DNA of 64,000 bases from Mantamonas sphyraenae STR306 (Eukaryota > Protista > CRuMs): positions 124,001-188,000 of the forward strand of contig JAPMXV010000036.1 of the NCBI GenBank assembly GCA_026936335.1, in the 5' to 3' direction. Under the pieces are notes generated by a model that was given only the letters and a program-made list of their open reading frames with translations, did not search any database and was not told the origin of the DNA. The first letter of the stretch is position 1. Each line of letters begins with the position of its first letter. Position numbers and translations under genes: made by a program. Below, one piece after another: positions 55,521-64,000 of the stretch.

Positions 55521-57976
55521 ATGGATCCACTGGTAGTGTTACCAGACAAGGCACTGTTCCTCATTTTCGACTATGCATGTGGCGTGCCTTCATCCACACA
55601 CTCCCGCTTGCCATCGTCGTCGTCAGTGCGTGTGTCTGCCTTTAGCGAGGGCCGCTTGTCGTCCACGGTGAAACCCACAGCGTCTTCCGGAGCACGCAGC
55701 AGAGGTATACATGCGTGACGCGGCCACCCTGGTGCGATGCAGCCATGTCAACCAAGCCTGGCGTGCGTTTCTACTGTCCCCAGGCAGTCAGGCGTGGCTG
55801 TGGGCACGTGCAGTGACGCAAACGTGCACGTCAAGCAGGACAGGTCGCCACCGCATCCCTGGCCAAGCCGGTGCCTCTCGAACCCTGTTTGCAGAGACCG
55901 ACGACGGGGACAATGAGGACGAGGACGAGGACAGCGAAGGCTTTGGGATGCAAGGGTCCCGTGCGGATGGTGCACGGCGTCGTGGGAGCCTGGGCAATGC
56001 GTACACGGGAGTGTACGGCCCAGCGGGTGCTCGGGGCGAAGCCGAGTGTTTCTGTGCACCCGTGCCTGAGCATGCACCCTCCAACAGGGACGACACGGGT
56101 TCGGACCATGCAGTGGATTGCCATGCACGGTATATGAAGCACAAGAGGAGGGAGCACACGCTGGACACCCACCGTGTGCTGTACACCTTTCTGGAGTCGC
56201 AAAGCTTCAATTTGCCCACTCAGGACGCCCTTCGCTTCTTTTCCCGGGACCTCCTGTACGCCACCAGCTGTGCAGTGCTGTGGTATCTGGCCTGGCTGGT
56301 CGTGATGCTTGTTACCCACAATGTATGGGTGCGTGACAGCACCTGGGGTCGTCTGGTGGCCGGGGTGGGCCGTCGTTTGCTGGACGTGCCTCACTTGCCA
56401 TGGCTCCAGCACATGGTGCTCACTCTGCTTGTCCTGCTGGTCCTACAAAGACGTTGTCACAGACGCCTCCTCCTCACACGCACCACTGTCCTTCACTTTG
56501 CAGCATGCCATGCCTTGTCATGTGTTGCAGCTGCCTGGTGGACCTCCTCCTCCTCCTCCTCACCCCTCGGCACCACCCCGCCCCCGCTTGCCGTTCCGTC
56601 GTCACGTACCGTGATGCAATGGCTGGCTCTGGTGGCCACGAGTGTGTACAACACCGTGTTGTCTGTGGCCTGGTTCTATGTGCTCAAGCTGTGTTCGCCG
56701 TCGTTCTCCCTGTATGACCACCATGAACAGCGTCGCAACCCACTGCTGTGGTTCAACCCCGACGTGAGTGTGCGTCGAAAGGTGCTCCTTCTCCTCCTCC
56801 TTGCCCTTCCCCAACTGGTGGCTGTCGGGTGGCTCTTGCCCGAGTGGTGCACTGCCCTCTACCTCTTTGTCTCGGTGTGCAGCATGTACAGTGCCCCCAT
56901 GATCTACCTCCCCGTGTGGCTCTCCTACTTTCCCATCCACTTTTCCGACCTGTACCCAGCCAAGCACAGACGCAAGTTCTACCCACCCCCCGCCGCCCTC
57001 CTGCGCTACCGTCTCCTTGCCTTTGTGTTTTCCGCCTTCTTCACCATGATTTTCCTGCCTCTGGAGATGATGGCTGTGCTCGATCGCAAGTGGGACACCT
57101 TTCATGACCTCCTGCGCAATGCACGTGCCCTCATGGTGGAGATTGCCACACGCATCCCCGTGGGCTGGGTCTCCACCGCCTCCTTTGCTGCCCTCCTTGT
57201 CCTCCACCAGGCCCAACCCCATCTCCACGCCCTCCTCGTCCAACATGCCACCACCGCACACTCTGTCCACGATCTCCTCCTCCTTCTACGCTCCCTGGCC
57301 CTTGCCCTCCTCCGTGTTGACCACGTCATGGCCGCCTACTCTGTCCTCCTGTATATCTACGTGGGTGTCAGTGGCGCTGGTCTCCTCTTGGCCGTCCTCA
57401 TTGCCATTGCTGTGCGATTGGGCGACGTGGAGGACTCTGGCAGCAGCACCCATGCCCGTGCTGGGGCCACCCGAACTCACGGTTGGCGATCGAGAAGGAG
57501 AAGCAGTGGTGGGGTGCTGGTGGTGTGCTGCTGCTGCTGCTGCTGCTCTTCCTGCGTCCTCACCCTCCTCATCCTCATCATCCTCCTACTCCCCACGCAA
57601 GTTCCAGCAGAAACTGGATGCGGTGAAGCATGCGCGTGAGCTGAGTGCGGAGAACGCGGCGGAGGAGTTGATGATCGATGCGGTGCATCGCAATTGCCCT
57701 CGTCTCAGTCTGTGGATGCATCGGGTGGAGCAATGGTTTACGTTTGTGCCTGCACCCGATGCACGTGTGCTCCGCTTCATTCAACATCACAACCAGCAGC
57801 GCATTCGGTCCCAGTTTTCCACCAAGCGCTTCCCAGCCACATCAGGCATTGTCGTCAGCTGGAATGGCGTGGGCATCTGCAAGCACTCCAACATCAACTA
57901 TTACAAGAAGAACTGTGAGGCCAAGATGGCCATGTTGGTGCGCGAGTTGGGGGAACTGAACAAAATAGACCCATGA
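55521..57976 (+). CDS. F-box-like protein with multiple C-terminal transmembrane segments
   Basis: MDPLVVLPDKALFLIFDY..LVRCSHVNQAWR F-box pattern, joined by a 55-nt GTGCGT..CACAG intron. Hydrophobic C-terminal half; probable 1-nt frameshift near 57418. Confidence 0.55.
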
Positions 57977-59663
57977 GCGACGATCCACCGCCTCCACGAC
58001 GTCCCCTCCATTCGTGGATGAGCACCACACAAACCCCTCCCAACGAGGAGGCCTATGTGGTCAAGAGCACAAGCAGCAGTGCCGATGACACTCCAGTCAA
58101 GGGCCTGCGAGCGTCGGCAAGTCGACGCAGCGCTGCCTCCGCCGTCGCTGCCCGCCCCTTCCTGGAAATGGCCAAAAGTATCCTCCTCATGAGTGCCTGT
58201 CTCATGGTTGCCTTTGTCTCTGTGCTTTGGGTGTGGTACGAGGCCATTGCAAAGAACATGGTGGATCCCGTTACGGGCGTGGGAAACGCGCCCTTTCTCC
58301 TTGTCCACGAGCTCCTCTACGCCACCCTTGGCATCTGTCTCGCCTGGGTTGTCTCCTGGTACATTGTGCACGGTGCGTTGACACAGCTGTGCATTTCCCT
58401 TGCCGCCCCATTGCCCTCACGCACGCACACTGACCAGTTTGGGAAACCTGGTTTCCCCACGCGAATGGTCCCGCAGATTTCGACGACGTCCACATGGCTC
58501 TCCTCTCGCTATCGGTGTTCCCTTTTGCCTTTGTCCTGCGCTACGTCTATGTGCAGAGCCTGTCCGGGTACAACTGGCTGGAGTGTACCTTCTGGGGCGA
58601 CGTGGGCGGCCGTGTGCTGCTGAACATGGTGTCGCTGGTGATTGTCGTCTCCTTCCCGTTTGCCATGGCATGGAAGTCACGCTGGAGCACCGCCAACTTT
58701 CTGCGCTTTGCACTGGCGTTGACAGCCATTGCTGCCGCCTGGCTGATTATGCTGTCGTTGCTGGATGCGTACTTTGACGGTGCCGCGAGCACCAAGGTGC
58801 TTCTACGTGTGGTGGTTGTGCCCCTGTTTGTGGAGTTGGTCCTTTCGGTGGTCAAACAGATTGAAATCAACGTGGATGCGGTGGGACAGACCATGCTTCT
58901 GGCCCAAATGGGGGCCATTGTGGGTCGCCTGATGATGGTGCCCACAGGCACAGACCCGCTCCTGGATGCCCTCCTGCCCATCATTGTTGGTGCTCAGGAG
59001 GTCATCCTGCGCATTTCCTACTTCCGACGACACGAGTTCTTTGGTTGGATGCTGGGCAAGCTCAACGTGGTCGAGCAACGCAACAAGGAAGACATCCACG
59101 ACAAGCACAGCTTCCTCCTGGTGATGGAGATGATTCTGGAACTCGTCACCATTGTGGTCGTCCATGTCATGGCCGTCCTCTTCTCCGCACCGCAGTATGT
59201 GAGCGATGTGGTCAACGTGCCCAAACTGCCCAGCGCAACCGTAGCCACCATCTCCTGCCTCACCCAATTGGGCATCGAGGTGGTTGTCGATGGCACCTGT
59301 CTCCTGCTCGAGCGCAAACAAGGCATCAAGCTCGAGGACGGCTGGAACGCCTTTTACTCACGCAAACTCGTGGGCGTCACCATGACCTTCTGCATCTCTG
59401 CCTGTTTGCTCTCCCTTCACGCCTTTGTGGACTTTCCCAAGATTTGTAACATCCAACGGGGTGTGTATGACGTGTTCACTCGCCTACCGCTCGTGTTTTG
59501 GCTGATCATGCTTGTGCCCGCGTACCACACGTACGATTACCTCAACCGCCGCCGTGCGCCTGCGCTCACCCTTGTAGATATGAGCAAGCAGGGCACGCCG
59601 TCAGTGGAGTTGGAGGCCCTGGACACTCTGGTTGCTGAAGGAGAGGGAGTGAATGACGAATGA
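57973..59663 (+). CDS. Uncharacterised multi-pass membrane protein, paralog 2 (start 57973 or 58018)
   Basis: One intron (GTGCGT ~58373 to CGCAG ~58476). Shares P.TG.GN.P, GRLM.VP..DP, EV..RI.YF.R, EM..EL, TQL.IEVVVD.TC..LER.QGI..E.GWN with paralog 1. Confidence 0.8.
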
Positions 59664-59697
59664 AAAGTCTCGCTCTGTATTGCATTGTACTGTCCAA

Positions 59698-60940
59698 TCA
59701 CCAGTAGAACTTGCGTGGGCTGACAAACACATTGCTGTTGGGCTTGTTTTCTGTGGCCAGAGTGTTGCCATTGCCACGTGGCGAGTCCATGGTCAGACGG
59801 ACGGGTGTGAACGCATCCTGTCCGGTCCTTCCCGAGCCCTGAGACCCCGGGGTGGCCAGCACATCGGCTGTCGATGGCCCATCCGTGTCCTTGAGGATAA
59901 CAGTCGATGTTTCGCTGTCGCTGCTGTGTCCCGATTCGTTCAGCGTCTCGGGCGAGCGGAACTGACCAAAGGCCACCTGCGCTGCAGCTGCAGCCGCCGA
60001 CGCCGAGGATGACATGCTCGACGACCCCAAGTTGAGTGAAGAGGTGTCCTGTGCTTGGCTGCCACTTCGGCTGCTGTTGCTTCGGCCGCTGGTGTTGGCC
60101 GATCCGACACCGGAGCCGTGCGAGGAGAAGCTGAGATGCTGGCGCACTCCACGTCCGCTCATGCTCGAACTGGAGCTTGGGCTATCCTGCGGCTGCCAGG
60201 GAGGCGGCATGTCCAGCATGCTGTTACGTCGTTGTTCCTCCCAGTCGCTCTGCGAACCCCACAGCCCTGTGGCTGAGCCATGGCTCGACGACGACCCTGT
60301 GCGAGACGGACGACGCATGCCCACTGCCGTCAACGACTCGGTTGGCGACATGGACGCCGACTTGTTCTCTGCCGAGCTCTCCTTACGCTACATGGGAATG
60401 CACGCGTGCAATGGACCCCGTGTGTGTCAGCATGGCTTCCTGTGATGGCGCTTCGGCCACTTTTCCGCGCGGTGTGTGATGCAAAGCTCGAAAGCGCGCG
60501 GTTCCTGACAAACGGCCACCCGGAACGGCGGACAAAATGGCGGGCAACAAGACACGTGCATGCACAGGGAGAGGAGGATGTGGAGTAGGACGTACGTTTG
60601 GAGACACGGGACGCGACGAGGGTGTGGGACCCAGCAGCATAAAATACACAGCGGCCACCCAAGCCGGGAATGAAAGGACGACGGCCAGCAGGAGCGGCGG
60701 AAGGGCACGCAGTGGATTGACCAAAGGCAAAGCACGCATGAACCGGGAACCAAACACTCGTCCTGCAGTGCGCACCACTGCGTCAAGCAATGGGGTGGGC
60801 ACAAGCATGGCAAAGGGGCCATCTTCGCCAAGGTGTTCCAGAAACCTGGCGTCCGAGAGGTATGGCCATGCAAGCACCCACAAACAGGTGCTGCTGGCAC
60901 ACACAAACGCCGTCAGAGCCTTGTGGGCTGCCTCCGACAT
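59698..60940 (-). CDS. Small two-TM membrane protein (weakly PIG-P/DPM2-like N-terminus) with a Ser-rich tail
   Basis: Exon 1 has two hydrophobic segments and a GTACGT donor after ..PVSPN. Splicing to ..CATGTAG continues in frame into ORF 59698-60351. Confidence 0.5.
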
Positions 60941-60961
60941 TGTGAGAAAACTGGGGAATGG

Positions 60962-61907
60962 CTAGTTCATTCGGCGCGACTTCGCTTGCCGTCGTGTGTT
61001 TTTGCTCGTCTCCCCTGCTCCTCTTTCTCCTCTCCCTGCTCCCACTCCTGCTCCTGTCCCTGCTATGGTGTTTGTGGCCCCTATGGTGGTGTCTGTGATG
61101 ATGCCTGTGCCTGTGTCTGTGCTTGTGTTTGTGCCTCCTTCGATCCCCATCATCCCCATCGTCGTCATTCCCTTGCCCATCGATGTCCCCTCCACTCTTT
61201 CTCCTCCTCCTCTCCCTCTTCTTTGCTTTCTTCTCCTCCATGGCCAGCAGCGTTTGCAACTCCTCCACCGACAGGGAGGCCAGTGCCTCCTGGGTTGCCA
61301 CAGCCTCGCTCTCCTCGTCACTGTGCACCAGTTGCCCACCCGATGCCGTGTGGTCCACCAAACCCAACACGTGTGCTTTGATGTGCATCCCTCCACCCAG
61401 GTTTCCCTTTCCCGACCCTGTGCTGGCTGCAGCCGCCAGCTTGGTGGCGGTGATCAACGTCAGTGGGTCCTGCAGCGCACGTGCGTGCGTGTCCAGCTCC
61501 TCCTTGCTGATCACCCGTTCGCAATCACGTGCCTTGTGTCCCTTTTGTCCACACTTGTGGCAGTGCAGCCGTTGCAGGACGGGAGACGGCGTGCGTGGTG
61601 GTGCTTCCGCTTCCGTTCTGTCCCCTACATCATCTCCTTCCTCCGTCTCTGCCCCCTTTCCTTCTTCCCCGTCTTGGGTGTCGTTGCCCACCCCGGGCAC
61701 TTCGTACATAAACGCCAACGCCGCCTTGCGACGCTCTTCTGCACTCAGTGCCTCCATGCGCAGCCGTTCGTCACGCAACACCTTCTCCCGCTCCTTCCAC
61801 TGCTTCTCCTCATCCGCCTGTCGCTTTTCTGCCGCCTCCACACGTGCTCTGTTTCGAAACGAGCCCGTGTGCCAGGACTTTGTGCCCATGTACCCCAACG
61901 AGGACAT
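60962..61907 (-). CDS. Cir_N-domain (CIR1/Cwc25-like) splicing factor with a Zn knuckle
   Basis: YMGTKSWHTGSFRNRARVEAAE, LAFMY..P, CHKCGQKGH, His/Arg-rich tail. Stop at 60962 assumes a 1-nt correction near 61000; as assembled the ORF runs to 60783. Confidence 0.7.
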
Positions 61908-62017
61908 TGGGGGAATGGAATTTTGTTTGGATGGTAGCCTGCGCTTGCTCCCCAAACCCATCCCTTTGCTCCACGTCTCTCTCTCTCCCTCCCTCTCTCT
62001 CTCTCCCCTCACATCCC

Positions 62018-64000
62018 ATGCAAGCCCAGCCTCGTCGTGCATCACGTCGAAGGACGTCTGGCATCGTGGACGCGCAGCTGAACACGGCGTCGTCCACCTC
62101 TAGCAACAGCAGCAGCAGCAGTAGCAGCAGTAGCAGCAGTGACAGTGGACATCGTAGTGTGCTCAACACAGGATCCACTGTGGCATCGTACAACGAACAA
62201 TTGGCACTCAAGTCGTGGACACCGCCTCCTCCGTTGTCTGTGGACACCAAGAACAACAACCCGGGCTCCCCCAGCATGCTGCCCAGCATCCAAGGCACCG
62301 GTCGAAGCAGCCACGTGTCATCACCCCGAAGCAACAACAACAACAGCAACAACAGCAGTGGTGGTGGTGGGTGGTGGGGGTGGGGGCACACCCTCCTCTG
62401 CTTCTGCTTCGAAACCACCGGTTTACAAACAAACGACGCCCAAGAGGAAGCAGGAGCAGGAGCAGGAGCAACAGGCACAACCACAGCAGCAAACAAAGAG
62501 AGACAAGACACAGCATGATGGAGGCACGTCACCTCGACGAACACGCAACAAAAAAGCGGCGACGAGCGAAGTGGGAGCGATGCGACTGCTGGGAGGCAAG
62601 ACGACGCAGCAGCAGCAGCAACGGCTGGGAGTGTCGGACGTGGATGCACTCCCGTCTGCACTGGACACAGTCAACGCAGGCAGCAACACACATCAGATGA
62701 TCCGCAAGCATCTCAGGGCACAGTTGGACAGCCAGGAGGAGGCAGACGTGGGCAACGATGCAAGCCTGATCCAGGCGCAGGTGGAACGGCAGGTGGCCAG
62801 CTCGAAAGAGGTGGAAACACTGGCACAGGGGCCTCGCTTCGACGCCAAAGACGCAGCGGCCCTCAAGTTTGTGGAGTTTATGGATAGCAAACTGTTCAAG
62901 ATTGACCGAAGCCTGATGAAGCGCATTGTCAACGAGTGGGTGGCTTCGTTTGAGGACGAAGAGCACCGCTTTTCCTCGGTCGCCCTCTACGCCGAGTTTG
63001 TCATCAAGGAGACAAGACGCAAGACTGCCTCCTTCCCCAAACCCAACCATCTCATGACTGCCGTCTGCTGCCATCTGCTCGCAAAGGTAAGGACGCTGTG
63101 CGTGGGTTTCTTGGGCTTGATCTGAACGTTACCTCTCGCGAGGTGTGTTTTCCACCCACTCACACCCACACTCACACCCACACTCACTCACACAGGTTGC
63201 CACCGTGTTTGGTCGCTATGCTCCTCTGATGGAGGCATTGACCGAAGACATCCTGACGTCGGTGTACATCGATTACCCCGACGAAACGTTGCAGGAGAAC
63301 GAAGAGGACGAGGCACCCCTGTCGCTTACAGCCACCATCCAAAAGACACCCTACTTTGTCGAACACGAAATGATGATGCGTGAGCGCAAGTTGATTGAGT
63401 ATCAGACACGCAAGCTCAATGCCAGCTGGGAACGACGCAACCGCGTCCTTGCCGTCGCCATCAACAAGTGGCAGCTCAGTGCGTTTGTCCCACCTCCCAC
63501 CCCCCCACACACGCACCTTTTCTTTGCCACATCACCTGCTCACATAGCATTCACACACTCCCTTCCCCCACAGCGTTTGTGCGTACGGTGATGATCGCGT
63601 GGTACGGTTGGACCGTCAAGTCGCGCGTGCGTCGCCGCAACCTGAACCGGGTGATGAAAAAGTGGGTGTATTCATCGATGAAGGCACGTGCATTCCGAGA
63701 GTGGAAGGTGTATGTGCAATCGCATCGACGTCTGACGGTGGAAACCGAGGCTGGCGAGATGGCCACCGATTTCGAAGGCAAGATGGTCACCTTGCACGAC
63801 CGCCTGGCTCGTGCAGAGGCCAAGGCGGAACGAGTGGCGGCGCAGAACGAAGAATATCGACGTCGCATGGAGACGCAAGATCAGGAGATCGAACTATTGC
63901 AGGACAAGGTGCATCGTCTGGAGGAGAAATTGTTTGAAGCCAGTAGGTTTGGATGTCGATGGGCCAAACCCATCCCCCCCCCTCCCCACCCCCGTCTTCC
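62018..64000 (+). CDS. Coiled-coil protein with Sfi1-like (AF..WK) motifs; 3'-truncated
   Basis: Low-complexity N-terminus with a frameshift near 62370. Introns ~63087-63195 and ~63479-63572, and probably another from ~63942. Contains ARAFREWK and a coiled coil. Confidence 0.55.

Noticed and set aside
1-64000. tRNA, rRNA, spliceosomal snRNA genes, transposases or viral genes
   Set aside because: No recognisable signatures found by eye; a covariance-model scan would be needed to exclude divergent ones.

Overview
A very compact, GC-rich eukaryotic (protist-type) nuclear region. It holds about 30 protein genes with short GT-AG introns (donors GTGCGT/GTACGT/GTAAGT/GTGAGT, branch points CTGAC/CTCAC/CTAAC), and many intergenic gaps are only 20-150 bp. 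About a dozen single-base frameshifts, mostly in homopolymers and including one in essential Rpn8, look like long-read consensus errors. The centrepiece is a palindromic locus at ~23.5-33.4 kb. Two strongly diverged paralogous HSF-domain transcription factors point at each other, and each runs, within its last ~9 codons, into a 2.2-kb ~99%-identical inverted repeat. Each arm carries a full PRP4 gene plus the 3' end of a bacterial-type AAC(3)/YokD acetyltransferase whose 5' part sits in the 856-bp spacer. MSH4 lies on the right, and CENP-X/MHF2 and a possible DBD-less HSF-like gene lie on the left. The layout resembles a two-allele (mating-type-like) or gene-conversion-maintained palindrome with an invertible centre; this interpretation is inference. 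Other highlights: a ubiquitin writer/eraser cluster (multi-RING RBR E3 plus two CYLD-type DUBs with TRAF-type Zn-finger, B-box and UIM arrays), a candidate ~450-nt structured ncRNA at ~39.8-40.3 kb, a probable actin-fragmin-kinase/nitrilase/WD40 fusion, a mitochondrial TatB-like gene, a B3GNTL1/QTGAL orthologue, and a second inverted pair of paralogous multi-pass membrane proteins. No databases were searched; family calls are from motif recognition.
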